This document shows positions 37,574-51,890 of a DNA stretch of 64,000 nucleotides, one piece after another (position 1 is the first letter of the stretch; each line of letters opens with the position of its first letter). This stretch comes from Obrimoposthia wandeli (taxonomy: Eukaryota): the NCBI GenBank assembly GCA_977020255.1, contig CDROCS010003392.1:62001-126000 (forward strand), read 5' to 3'. Made by a program: the position numbers and the translations under genes. The notes under the pieces were generated by a model that was given only the letters and a program-made list of their open reading frames with translations, was not told where the DNA came from and ran no database searches.

Positions 37574-40440
37574 CCTGCACGCAACGACGACAAGATCTGG
37601 TCCAGCCTCCCTAACAGCCGCGGTGTACATACAGTCTCACAAGTGCCATCTTCATCTTGCCAAGGCGCAAGAACGCCTATCTCCTCGCTCTCCAGTCTCA
37701 AATCAACCCCGCACGATTGCTTGTCATCTTTGTCCTCTCCCGGCGACCTCCCACAATCAGAACCTCAAAAATTACCACCGCCTGCCCCCAACATGTGTTA
37801 TCGACTTTCTCCCAGTCTCCCAGCATCCACATCGTCTCTCACACTCTCCTCTCTCTCTCTTGTTATGTATATGTTTATTTATCTATTGTATCAGTTATTA
37901 CTTCTACTTTTGTCTGGAATTAATACATAGCTATTATCATTATCATCAGCCTCTGTCGTCTCTTCCTTCGTCAATTGCGGCCCCCTAGTTTGTGTGAACG
38001 GATTGGATAATTTTGTCTGTATGTTCTCAATGGTTATATTCTCCATCGATGTAATCTTTCTACTTCACTTTACAGTGAGAGCATAATTTAACCACGGAAG
38101 CAACTTGTAAGCTCGTCAGTAATCTAACCCCACATCCATCTACATCTTCCTGTTGTAGATTACATTCACATTTTCTACTCGCTTATATTTCTGGATTTTC
38201 AGATAATTGCAATTTATTTTTTAAAATTCTGTTTGACTTGTACATAAGTCGTTTCTAATATTATTTTTCGAGTATCCTCTGAGCAGTTTGGTTAATTTTA
38301 CGTTTCAGCATTTTTTATTATTAGGCTTTTTATCTGTAGCGCAACAATTTGAAAATTTTGTACCATTTTCAAACCAATGCTCCCCTTATTTGTATCAAAT
38401 ACAATTTTTTAAAATAGTAGATGCGTTTAAAAATCACATTCGAATCTCTTAATTAAATATACACTTCAAATGTAGTAGATGGTAAGCGCAAATTCCTGAC
38501 TGAGATTTCTTTTAATTGTGCAATTATATTAATGTAACTATCACTACAGTTTAAAAATATAATAAAAACTTTTATAAAATAAAATTTTCTTAGAATATAA
38601 CCACCTAGAAACTAGTATTACTCAAGTGATATCTTTAACACAGCACCAATTTATCGTTAATTGTGGGAATTATTATTCAAAGACTCCACAAATCAGCAAC
38701 TTTGAGTAAGTCACATCAGTATTTTCTAAACAGATACGTATGTATGTGTCTTGAATGCTTCAATATTTTTCAGTTTATCACTTGACAAACTATTGTGAAT
38801 ATTATATGTACACCCAGAAAACATGGTCTTCTCTCCGATTTAGATATTTGAATTACTAGTTTATTTTTTTCAAATTTCTTGAACTTGGAATTACAAGTTC
38901 TAGAAGTTCATCTTAATGTGGATGGGACTTTAAAACTAAACATTTTCGAATTTTTAATCCTATTTTATATTTGAATTGAGCATTTATCAACAGTTAATGT
39001 AGTTCAAATGTATCATTCCTCAGCCCCCTTTCTTTTATATAAAGTTGGCGGATATTCTTCTTTGTCTTGTTCATAATTACTTGTAATCTGTCTAGATAAA
39101 GTTGTGGAGGATTGTACAATAATGAGTTGTGGAAGTCGCCTAGAAGTGACAATAGCATTCATAAATATGAGGGAGGTTTCTTTTATAGTTTCTTGTGATA
39201 AATATTTTCTGATTTAATTTCTTCTTCTTATTTGATAATTATAAATGTTAACGATCCAGCATAAATGGCAAAATTTGTATTTTCATTTATGGAGCTTTTA
39301 AAAGGAAATATAACCTTTTTGTGATACAAAAATTGTTATTCAACAATTAACTTTTATTTCCTTTTTGAATGGTTCATTACTTTTCTTCACGAGAGAACTC
39401 ATGTAATGTAAATAAACATTTATGATGTCGATATTATATTTTTGAACACAACTTTTTGACCTAAATTGGTTTGATGCTTTATTTAAATTATTTGGTAACA
39501 TTATACTTTTAGCATCTAACTGAAGATAACTTGCCGATGTACTTGCACTCTAATTCTCGTAATTTTGCCGCCACAAATATTAAAGCATTCTAACTGCAGC
39601 ATGACACATTGGTTAGAGCAACAAAGTGGTTGGTTGCAATGGCCACTGCTGATTAGGGCTTTATTCACCCCATTGATTAGTGAGCTTATGTTTCGTGTTT
39701 CTCTCTCTATTGCTTTCATCTCTGTCCATGTACAACTGCACAATTTTCAAGTTTCATCACAACACCTCTCCTGCCTCATCTTTTTTGTACCTTTTTGAAT
39801 ATATATTGTGTTGAGCCCCACTTTAAAGTCTGCCCAAGTTAAATTTGAAAATTGCTATCCAGCTGTATTTGACGATTTTTTCTTATAAATTTATTCTCAT
39901 TCTTTGTTTGTAAAATGTCTTACAAAATATGTATATTTTTTAAATTTCACATTGAATTTACGTCATGATTTATCGAAATAACTTTTATCAACTGTTAGAA
40001 ATTGAGCCGGAAATTCAAAGAACGGATGTTTTTGTTAAAATGGATTCCAGACATTTTCTATAAGTTTTCTTTGATTTAAATTTAACATCTAAATTTTGAT
40101 ATTTCCGTTTAAAAAGGATCTTGATTTTAAGATTAATTTAATAAATTTACATAAATTTTATTTTAATAAAAAATAATGTTATAATTAAATTTAAAAGGAG
40201 AAAATTTTAGAAATCAAGGTAGTTAATTTAAATTAAAAAACACACGAAATGTCTGTATACCGTAAAATTCACAAAGCCAAGAAAGAGATAACGTTGCAGA
40301 AAATGTGAAGGTGCATGTAGTAACCACGTTTGGCGATAGTTTGGGATTGGACAGACATTCAGCTACTTACAAATGCATACTCTTCCTTGAGAAGTTTTAA
40401 GTTGGGTTAACGGGAAAGATTACAAACAGCTATACAAAAA

Positions 40441-40505
40441 GTTCAGTGGTAGAATAGGCTATTAGCAAGTAGTGAGACCTGTGGTTCAATTCCCACTTGC
40501 GCCAA
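40441..40505 (+). pseudogene. tRNA-like (Ala-type loop) remnant or SINE head
   Basis: A-box-like GTTCAGTGGTAGA, TTAGCAA, and B-box GGTTCAATTCCC. The acceptor and anticodon stems do not pair. Confidence 0.35.
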
Positions 40506-41031
40506 CCATTTTTCTCCTAAATTCAACAATATTAAAAGATAAAACATTAAAGACATAAATACACAACTGGTCGAGATTTAAATTAACAGCAGTCTTCCAT
40601 GTGTTGACTTCTGTAGTTATGTTAACAGCTGATTTACACAAAATAACCCATTAAAATCACCATCTGTTACTGTCAAGCTAAAACTCAAAATAATAATATA
40701 TTAATTATGATGCAACCTGCAGCTATATTGTTTGATATATTCCATTAGAAGACCTTCAGTGCATACGCAAAATATGCAACACCCCAGAACATTCTATATC
40801 ACACAAGGTAACACCATACAAATGGTATTTGACACACAAAACAAACATGAATTACTTTACCATTTCAATTACTAAATGGACAATGGTTTCATTTGAAGGT
40901 CGTCTTAGCTTCAAATTATTTACTCTAATATTGAACGGTGAAAGTTATGCTGATATTTTTCAGTAACGATGAAGTTGAAATTGCCGAAATTTAAAATCAG
41001 AATGACATTTTTTCAATATATTTCATACAAT

Positions 41032-42978
41032 TGTTGGGGTTTCTAATTGAAACCATATCCTCGTACGAGGCTCCCAACGTGAGTTCTGTAGTGATAGGGC
41101 TTACAGATGGATGTGGCCTACCTGTATTTACTTCACTTAGTTCTTGTCTCAAATCTGAAGGTTTTGGATGTTGTTTTTGTTTGATGCTGTGTGTAAAGAG
41201 TTGTTTTCAAAATAACTCAAAGGGAACCCTAAAATTAATGTGATGAAACAGAGTCGGATCCAAGCGACGCTAACGATGCTCCTCTAATAATACCAGGGCT
41301 TAACAATACGCTGAAAACACCAGGGCTCGGAAAGCCACTACGTGGTTAACTCGCGGCTAACCTATATATAAGTGGACTCGACGATCTTGGGAAACTGGTT
41401 ACATAAAATACTAAACTCGTAGCTTATCTTAACACTGATTTATTTCCTCAATACACCAACTGTAAGATACTAAAAAGGGTTAGAGAACTACTAAACTCTG
41501 GAAATTAGGGCGACACTCTATCCTTTCACAATTATTACACGTCACAATTATTATTGCCTCGTCATTCGGCCCTGGAATCGAATCCTTTGCGTCTCCTTAC
41601 GTTTATGCTTCCTCATGTTTAGATTGATTCTCCTTTGTTCGGATAATTCAGCTCGGCACTCTTCGCTGATTTTCTCATTTCTTAATTTTTCTGAGCTCGA
41701 CCTTAGGCTATTTCAACTTTACAGTCCTTTCTTCTTTATCGACTTCTGTAACAATATCTTATGTTTATTTTGCACAATTGATTACAATTATCCTCGCGAA
41801 ATACTTCATACTCAATCGATATTACACAAGTTGAGGTGGAATAATTTCAACTTCGCTGTTTCGCTAAATTCAATATTACACAAATTGAGGGTAAAATAAT
41901 ATCACTCATACTACTAAATCTGCTTTCCAAAATCCAACATGATCTGACGTCCACGTTTCTATGCGTAATTCCTAACACGGATGCTGACGGCTTGACGGGC
42001 AGCATTTGAGCGATGCTGTTAACGATCCTTATTGTCCTGTCTGCTGATCAATTTGTCGTGGCTTGTCTTTCTTCACTATCCGCTCTTGTTTCTGCTGTTA
42101 TTCCGCGTTGCTGGTTTTCACTATAGTTCTGTACTGCAATGCGATAAACAATCCTTTTTATGGTTTTGCTTACCTACTAAATGAACAGCGGCCGGATGTC
42201 GACGAAATTCTTCACCTCGAAATGAAATGCAGTGAGATCAGAATGCAATAACAAAATTTCGCTCTGCAATTCTTTACAATCTATTTATAGGATTACGTTT
42301 CCCCTCAATAAATCAGATGTTGCTACTTGGAGTCCACGATTCTTCTCAAATTGGACGTCAGATCATGTTGGATTTTGGAAAGCAGCTTTAGTAGTATGAG
42401 TGATATTATTTTACCCTCAATTTGTGTAATATTGAATTTAGCGAAACAGAGAAGTTGAAATTATTCCACGAAGCTACTGTAGTCTTGGCAGTTCGTGGGA
42501 CTATCCAGCTGTTTCTTCCCATGAGAAGCACCGCTGTCCACTTGGGAATTTCTTTAAATAGTTCCACCAAATCCACTTCTCTCGTCTTGGTAATTCTACG
42601 GGGCTGTCCAGGTGGCTTTTGAGCGATCGATATTGTCTTCTCTGTAATTCCTGATCGTTTTCCCTGACAGTCTTCGTTAATTTTCAGTACAACTGTACAT
42701 TTTTCTTTGCAATTTTCTCGGTCTTAATTCTTTTCTCTTCGACCTTTTTTCACACTTTTCATGTACTTTATATACTTTTATGTACTTTATGTCCTTTCAC
42801 ATCCTAGTCCTCTTCAAGGTCTTAATTTATTTTAATATTTCCTAATTCAATTTATTTTAATGTCTTTTTTATTAAAATTCTTAATTTAATTTTAACCATT
42901 TAAGGTCAAATTTCTAATTATAAAATAACATTTTATTTAATTTAATTTTACAAATTTTCCTTATTTAACTATTCAACA
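41032..42978 (-). mobile_element. Probable solo LTR (1947 bp), diverged member of the 2-kb family
   Basis: The plus-strand left end TGTTGGGGTTTCTA..CCAACGTGAGTTC..GTGGCCTAC..TCTGAAGG is the family 3' terminus. The right end ...TTCAACA is followed inward by the AGACCTTGAA motif. Flanks ACAAT/AAAAT give no clean TSD. Confidence 0.65.
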
Positions 42979-43526
42979 AAAATAACTCGCGCATCTGTCA
43001 GCAATGATAAGGCTCAACCTAAAAATGTATAGAAAAACAAAAAAGTTAGAGTAAAAAAGCCATAGGGATCTAAAATTAAAAAAACTAAACAAAATAATCA
43101 ACTAAAGAAAGCGTTAATTTTAAAAGAGTCCATAAGCCAGGCTAGTGTTTTTTACTAACTAAAAGTGTTCGTCGTCGTACTTAAATCTATTTAAGTTGAC
43201 TTATGGGAATAAAGTTTATGGCCTCTTGACATACATCTAGTTTACCCAACGCCTTCAATACACCCAGTATCCTAAACCTTTCGATAGGCCTCATGTGTAA
43301 GATTGTTTATTCCTACACCCTTTGCTCTCATTGAATATTTATTATTAGATGCATGTGTTATATTTCTCGAAGGATAAAACGATTGAAAATATTGCAAATT
43401 TCTGCAAATTGTTATTATTGTGTCAAATTTTATCAGGCAATTATATAGTCGGAATCAACACAGAATTCAAAATTTCCAAAGTTTTTATTCAGTAATTTCT
43501 AAAATTGTAATAATAATTGTTATAAG

Positions 43527-45437
43527 TGTTAGGTTTAGGAATTGTTAAAAATTAAATAATTAATTGATTTTATAGTAAAACAAAAATCCTTGAAAGCAAG
43601 GTTAGAATTAAATAAATTTTAAAAATCGAAATTAAAATTATTAAAGTTAAAATATGATTAAATATTGAGACCTTGAAAGGTCGTGTGTAATGCGTTAAAT
43701 GTGTATAAAAATTAAAGGTCTCAAAAAAGAAAGGCCAGATAATAGATTGCCCCTAAAAAAGAAAGAATATTGAGAACACAGAAGCCAATTAAGAATAATT
43801 GAGCCCAGTGGAAAAGGAAAAATCAAAACGGGAACTTAATCCATTAGTGGAGAAATTGAAAAAGGAATATAATCCATTAGTGCCATTAGCGCCACTGAAG
43901 AAATCCCGAAGAATCCATCAGCGACATCGGCAATCCAGCGACTGCGAACGAGGACAGCCGCCATCATCTGGAGGTAATAGCACTTATACTAAGTGCAAAA
44001 TTATTAGTTTTGTAGACAGCCGTCATCGCCAGGATAGAAAAGATATAAGTGTGATTACAAATACCTGATTCCGCAAAATTTCCGAGAAAAGTTGAGAAGC
44101 AGAAATTGAGTGGAGAATAACAAATTGAGTCGGTGAGATTCATAAAAAGGAAAAAAGAAATTAATTATATACAGGGCAACCATCTACACCTAGAACGAGC
44201 AAACAGGAGACAGCAGATCGAAGGAAACGATAACTGAACTGCTACGAAATCCAAGCAGTAGCTATCCGACCACCTTGCCTACCGAGACCGGACTGCGTGA
44301 ATCAACCTGACGAAAATTACACGAGACGTCTCCGCAAAACCAGATCGAGTTCTATCGGACAATCCGCCGATCGATTCTATCTGCGCGAATCAACCGGAGC
44401 GAGCTTCTTCAACAATCTCTGCGAAGGAGGGTAAGAGTAGCGTGTGGGGAGAAGTTGATAGTATTTAGCAAGATCGAATTCTGAGTTTTACATATAAAGG
44501 AATTTTAAAAGAATTGTAAAAGAATATTGAAATATAAATTACCCCGTTGACTATTATATTAAAGAAATTTTAAAAGAGTTTTAAAAGAATATTGAAATAT
44601 AAATTACCCCGTTGAATATTATATTAAAGGAATTTTAATAGAATTGTAAAAGAATATTGAAATATAAATTACCCCGTTGAATATTATATTAAAGGAATTT
44701 TAAAAGAATTGTAAAAGAATATTGAAATATAAATTACCCTGTTGAATATTATATTAAAGGAATTTTAAAAGAATTGTAAAAGAATATTGAAATATAAAAT
44801 ACCCGTTGAATATTATATTAAAGGAATTTTAAAAGAATTGTAAAAGAATATTGAAATATAAATTACCCCGTTGAATATTATATTAAAGGAATTTTAAAGA
44901 ATATTGAACCATAAACTATCCCATTGGAATTTAATATTGATCACAGTTTTTAAAGAACATTGAAAGCTAAATTGGTTCAGTTATATTTCCTATATTTCTA
45001 GCAAACAACTGGCCCATCCTTTTAGAGCAACAGCTCTGTAAAACCTATAAACTTAATTTCCGTATTGGTTGGAGTAAAGACTCTAGCAACCAACTAACTC
45101 TATCTTAAAATCGATACGTGGTTCATCCTCACTTGTGTAGAGACTTACAGAAGTCTTAGGAATTTTACTGTAACTTTTTAGAAATACGTACGTAAACGTA
45201 TTGTTTTGTTTTAGTCTAGTGTGTTAACAATAAACGATTTCCTACATTAGAAAGCATTGTTCTAAACCCTTCAGATTAAGAGACATTGAAAAACAAACAC
45301 CTTCAGATAAGCATTGAGACAGGCAACTATAACATTAAGTAGGCCACAACCATCTTTAAGTCCTGCTTCTAAAAGAACTCACGTTGGGGCCCTCCGCATT
45401 CAAGAGGATCTATAAATTTCATATAGAAACCCCAACA
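43527..45437 (+). mobile_element. Solo LTR, 1911 bp, with 4-bp TSD TAAG
   Basis: TAAG|TGTTAGG ... CCCCAACA|TAAG. TATAAAA at 43704, donors at ~43974 and 44431, ~6.5 x 65-bp tandem array (44496-44910), AATAAA at 45229. Confidence 0.9.
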
Positions 45438-46539
45438 TAAGTAGTCACTTAATATTTTTCATTATTGTTCAAACTCTGAGAAAATAGTCGTTTCTGATCA
45501 CAAAATTGCCCTGAATCATTTTCGTCTGTGGTATGAATAAAACTACTGACTGATTATGGAAAATCAGTCACAGTTATAGTTCTGCTTTTTAGTCGTAATT
45601 GTCAATGGTAGAAACCGCGAGATTGAAATCCCGCGAAAACCGAGTGATGGTAAAGAGTGAGAGAGACTAATAGGAGAGGTAAGTGATGAAGAGAAAGTGC
45701 TGGTATAAATATCCACTAAATCCACGCACACTAACACAGTAGAGGTGACAGGATAAAAATAGTAGAAGTAGTTCTGCATACACAACACATACATGGTGAA
45801 TGGTTTTCAATATCGTGTATGTATGTGTACATGTTTATAGGTTTGTGTATCTAGTAAACATATTTAAGAGATTGCCGCGATGGCCACAGGGAAGTAGCAA
45901 TCCACTCTATATGTATCGGGAGAGATTGAAATCGGAGCAAAGCGCACACACACAGTCAGTAAATGAGAATTGATAGAGTGGGACATCAATATGATGTAGC
46001 GGCGGAAGTTTGATGTCAGGTGGCTAGTTTTGTTTCTGTCGTGATTGATCCATGCCGCTGATGGAGACGCCAAGAGGAAGGAAGAAGGTGTGGCTGCGAC
46101 AGTATAGGCGATAGTGACAGTAGTAACTGAGGGAGCTGGGCGGAAAATTTTAGGGATAAAAGTACTTCCTTATCTTTTCTCTTTTATGCATTTTTTTGCC
46201 GCCTCCCTGATGAGCTTGGCAGGGCGAAATGGGGTTTTTACGCTGTCGGAGGCTAAAATGGAATTTCTCCGTAATTGTGTGCACTTTAGATTAATTTTTT
46301 AAATGTCAATTTAAATTGACTAATTTATTAAATTCTAAACACAACACATGTAAACTGTTGCATTTATGACCTAGGAAAATATAATCTTCATACAAAACCT
46401 GACCCTCGCTTTCATCCTTAAATTTCCCGATAATATCCTTTAAACTCAAAGAGTGTACAAGATGATTAATGAGATATTTATGGGTATCAAGTAAGTTATC
46501 CAGGTAATAATTACCGATATTAATTGATTATTTAGACTT

Positions 46540-47800
46540 ACATTCTAAAAAAGAGTCAGTGTCCCGAGCAACGGTTTTGACCTCACAATTAAATTTGTTG
46601 TGATAATTCTGTAATTTAATATATTTGAGCTCAAACATTTTAAGTTTTGAAATGTATAAGACCGTTTGACCTATATAATTCGGTCGATCGAGTCAAATAC
46701 TCTGTTTGCCTAATAACACTGCTACCAAGTCATCTGCAATTGTTAAACTACGCTTGAAGTTGTTCTTGCTAGTATATATTATTAGTTTACGCTCATTATT
46801 GCGAAACCGTAGACAAATACGTTTCCGAAAGTTCTCTACAGTTTTTTCAGAGACTATTACATTTCAACTTGTAAAAGTCCCAATCAACTTTAATAATGGC
46901 CAAATTATGTTTTCTCAAATTCTTCTCAATATAGTCTTTAAACACTGAACTTTGACTAAACCTTTGCTCCCAACTTCATGTAGAATTGAAGAAGATGCCA
47001 ATGCACCACATAATTCAATTTGTCTTCATGAGTTACCAATAATTTCTTAACTTTTGAATTAGGTAGATATTGATGAACGGGTGCTACTGGAAGATCATCT
47101 AATTTATCATGCACATTGAGAGGGACTTTTAAATCAACCACAACCAAATAACCGATGTTTGTTGACATTGTATCAACAGTAGCCAAATCTGTCATAAACT
47201 TATTCAACTCTTTCTCATCATAAATCCACTTAAAGTTGGCACGAGGTAGATGTTGAGTAAGACCCCACCCATACAAATTATTAATGTCGATATACAGAGC
47301 CTCCGTGGATGGATTTTTGACAACATGATGTTTGTTGACAAAAGTAATTCCACTGCGTATTTAAGTATATGATGCAAATCATATCCTTTGAGAATTTGAA
47401 ACACGATGGGAATGCGTGGTTTTTTATGGAGTCGACGGTCAAAGTTACAAAAGTTGCATGCCGCTCCCATTTATTGCCCTGTAAGATGATCGTGATCTCT
47501 GACTAACTTAGACTGTGTACCAAACAAACAACAATATCTACAAGAATTAAAGTTAACCAAGTCTATGCCAGTCATGATAATTGCTTGATGAGCATTAAGA
47601 TCATACCACGGTTTGACAACAGTGGTTCCTAATTCCTTTAATTTTATCATGAAATTTAAAATAAATTTTGTATCGGAAAATTTATGATATAGGGTTATAT
47701 TGAGGCCTAAGAATAGTAGAATACTGCCAAAGCCAGTAGGTGAATACTCTCATTTTGGTCATGCAAAGTTAAAATTGATTCAAAATCAGCATTCCTGAAT
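46540..47800 (-). pseudogene. Maverick/Polinton-type protein-primed DNA polymerase B remnant
   Basis: RDHDHLTGQ.MGAAC..CN, IPIVF..LKGYDLH, LYIDINNLYGWGLTQ.LP...F.W and GYL..VDL..P..VHD.LDD.PVAP. Homologous to 55470-56800. Confidence 0.75.
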
Positions 47801-49620
47801 TCACATGTCGTTATAAATGCTATCTACCTTAAGTTACATTGTAACTAACGTTGTGGTAACATGTGTGTAGACAAAATAATTATTTTTTTCTCGTTCATAC
47901 TAACATAGTGAATTCGAATACTCCTAAACTACTAGTATAATTATTTAACTTAAAGACAAAACATACACAACAAATATACGATAACCACACAAGTCCTATA
48001 CGTTTTAAAAATTCACAAACTAGAAACTTTCTTAATAAATGAAATAACTCTAGTCCCAACTAAAATAACACAAATTTATCAAAGTGAAGTAAAACAGACA
48101 TATATAGTTTTTTGAACATGAAGTTAATGTACTTTTAATTTCCCAATTCAACATAACATGTAAGTAATATTGTACCATTTTCTTAATAATTTACCAAATA
48201 ATGATAATAATTATCCAAAGACACTTTATAAATCAATAAAATTGAGAAATTAACTGATGCATCTACTAAACAGGAACATCTTTAATACAGCCTCAATTTA
48301 TTGATAATTGTAAAAATTATTATTCAAGGACGCTCCCTAAATCAGCAACTTTGAGTAGTTAACTGCAGCATCTTCTAAACAAGAACATCTTTAACAGAGC
48401 GCCAATTTATCGATAATTGTGGGAATTATTATTCAAAGACTCCCCAAATCAGTAAAGTTTGTATAAATATTATGTTTTAAAATCTTAAATCAGCAAAAAA
48501 GAATCCTTTGAAAATAATATATATGAGAAGTTTAGCAATTAATTTTGTTTGGACCCTTTCTCATCAAATTATTTTCAAATATGTGAAGAAAACGTTGCAC
48601 AAATTTTAATGAAAAATACAACTTATGAGGATTTTGTTAAAAAACTATTTTTTTTAATAATGATATAAATTAAGATGAGGAATGACACTAACAGTCCTAC
48701 AAATGAGGGGAAAAAGCTAAAAATGTTCTAGATAAATTTCTCGGATTTAGAAAGGTTTTCAATATCCGATAGACACCTTGAATCTTTTCTTTCTAATTGA
48801 ACGAAACTTTAGATTTAGTAGTGAATTGGACAAATACTCCTGGACGAAGACGTTCAAGAGAGAATAACTTTATTTGAAAAAAGCATCTTTCAATTTTACA
48901 ACACAAAAGTGATTGGTGTTAACAGCTGAGTAATTTATCTAAATCACTCTAAATATTTTCTTCCTAAATAGTATTTCATACAAAAATCTAAAGCAATTTT
49001 CAGAGTTATAATTAAATAGTCATTCATGATATCAGATTTAATTACTCTGCACATGTACTTTAGTTTCAGACGTAAAAAGTGTAGAAAAATTTTATTAGAA
49101 AAGAAAACAATTGATTGAAAATTGAACGACAAAACTCAATATTTTCATCTTGTGCATTTTACAATTGCTCCATCGCGACTCATTATTCTTTTAATAACCC
49201 CACTAAGAAATTAGAAACGCTGGGGATATATTTAATGTTGTAGACAGATTCTGAACAAGGATACTAATACGAAATTTGGTTCTTTTTTAATTTGTAATCA
49301 GATTTTTGTCACAAATTGGTTGTATATTATTTAGAAATGTTTGTTTAGTATTTTAATAATGATATTTTATTGTAACTATGATTTCTACCCATATGTTTGA
49401 GAATATAATGAAAAGGATTCTTTGTATTTAAGGACATTTGATCCATTTTTTTACTTTTTTTATTAATTATTTTAGAGCTTGAAAAGTTTTTTTAAAACAA
49501 TTTTAATAATGGTTTAACATTTTTCTTTACAAAGTTTGTTTAAATAAATGTTTCCAATAGTATTTTGTAAACTATCGGAATTAAAATATTTTTTTCTAAT
49601 AAAATTAAATACATTTTTAA

Positions 49621-51890
49621 ATGAATTCTGTTATTTGTTCATGTGAAAATGTCGAAGTGGATAATGGCCCAATAAAAGTTTTCCCCGTCAACTACAAGTG
49701 GCACTCGGAAGGAGAAGTTAAAGGTGGGGATAACTCAATTAGAACAACAAAGTACCGCTGGTATAACTTCTTTTTCCTGAATCTACTCGAGCAGTTCAAA
49801 AGATATTCGAATCTTTTCTTCATTCTGTGCGTTATTCTCAACTTCATCCCGTATGTAAGTGCTTTTTCGAAAGAGACTGCGGTGATTCCGATCATGTTTG
49901 TATTGATTACGACGCTGCTCAAGGACGGTTACGAGGACATCCAGCGCTGGATGTCAGACCGCAGGGTCAACAACAAGGCTGTGCAGATGTTCGACAAGTG
50001 AGTCATTCTCTCGCCACACGTTTCAACTTCAATCCACTCAGATATCGTTCGTATTGATCAGATATTGTACGTATGCCTTGACATCGACCACAACTTGCTT
50101 ATTGGTGCTGGTGCTTTCATTAGGGCGAGTTGGAAATTGGAATTTCAATATTTTGACATCTTCCTGGTCTTTCTCACTTTGTGTGGAGATATCTCCGGAA
50201 GGTTTCAGGATATGTGAATGAAACCTGGCAAACGCAGTCTAGACGTCGATAACATCTTGCTTGCCAATTTTCAGTTCGATAGGCCTGTTGTATCTTCAGG
50301 GAATTGAACCCTTTTGGAACCGCGACTGTGAAAGATGACGTGATAACAGGGGAGCAGCTTTGTGACTTATGTATGTCGCCAATTGATTTACAGTTGCTTT
50401 ATTCACCTTTGAGTGTATTGATACGTTAAAATCTGTACACATACTTTCCTTAAGAATTATTTACAACACCGCCTCAATGTGGTATCTACCTTAGTCCCTG
50501 AAGCTAATGGTCCAGGGTATGCAACTTTCATTTTTCTTGTACATTCATATTAAAGTTTTCTCCTCAGTTTTCCATCCTACCGTTAGAAAATGTCGTTAAG
50601 TCGCTAATTTTACGTGTTCTCAGAATTTTCAGCTTTTATTCACCGTCAGGGACAGTTTTCAAAGGAATCGACAATTATCCCGCGATTCAGTATCTTCTTA
50701 TTTTGGGATTGAATATTGATATGTCATCTTACAGCTGCGTTTCGTCATAACTAAATCCGTATGAATGCTATTATAAATCTTTATTATTGTTCTATAATAA
50801 TAATTTTTAATGAATGTAATTTGTGATTTTTCGTAAATTTCTTGGTGTAGCACGCTTTCAGTGTTTTTGTGTTTCTATTTCAAAAACTTTATATTTTATT
50901 TTACAACAGTCAGATAGCACTATTTTTGGCATACAAGTAGACGGTGTTTGCAATTTTTCCGATAAACTAAATCGAGGAGTAAATGTTGTTTTCGTTTTAG
51001 AAATTTTAAAGTTGTAGTTTTTATATCCTTCCATTTTTCATTTGATCATATACTTGGTTTTGGAATCTCAGCAGCTCCACAGTCTGCATAATTTGAAAAT
51101 TTTGATATGGATCAAAGATCATTATAATTTTATTCGGGTAAAAAGTAATTTTCGGTCTTGTGGTGGTCAGGACGACGCGGAGGTTTGAATTGAAAAGCTG
51201 GAGAGATGTGCAAGTTGGAGACTTTGTGCGCGTGGGCTCAGACGAGCGCATCCCGGCGGATTTGCTTGTGTACTACACCAGTGACAAGCACAGCGGCGTC
51301 TGCTACATCGAGACGACGGACATCGACGGGGAGACTAATCTGAAGCAGCGACACGTCGTGGACCCAGCCATGCTCAAGATGCAGGCCACCGCCGACAGCG
51401 GAGAGGTGAGATCTTTGCTCCCGAGGAGCGTCCTAATTACTGCCCTGCGCAGACCGACATCGAGGACTCCTTCAAGCACCTCTTCTTCGAAGTGGACTCA
51501 CCAAACAAGGAAATCTACAAGTTCAATGGGAAGATGTGAGTGTTTTTCAGGCGTTAGTCACTGATTGGTGAATGTGGTTTGTGTTGTGCAGATTCGGAGG
51601 GCAGTCCGGGATGCTGGTGCGCACCGTGAACAACACGAACCTGGTGATGCGAGACACTCTGCTGCGTAACACGCAAGAGATCCGCGGTGTTGTCATCTAC
51701 GCTGGTAAGACATGACTCCCACCACCCACTCTGCTGACTGACTCTTCCTCCTCGCCAGGCAACGAGACCAAGGTGCTGATGAACAACATGAAGCCGAGGT
51801 TCAAGAGGAGCATGCTGGAGGACCAGCTCAATGTGGACAACCTCTGGTGTCTCGGCATACTGGTCATTGTGTGTCTGATATCAGCCGTAG
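49621..51890 (+). CDS. P4-type phospholipid-transporting ATPase, ATP10-like; first five exons 49621-49997, 51171-51405, 51453-51535, 51592-51704, 51759-51890; the rest is not in the window
   Basis: NSIRTTKY..NFF..NL.EQFKR.SNLFF, EDIQR..SDRRVN, W.DV.VGD.V, YIET.DIDGETNLKQR, LRNT..GVVIYAGNETK and FKRS.LE...N.D.LWC. Confidence 0.9.

Noticed and set aside
41032-45437. A single 4.4-kb TIR (Ginger- or Mutator-like) transposon
   Set aside because: The outer flanks CAAT/TAAG do not match, the right half has its own TSD, and it aligns end to end with LTR B.
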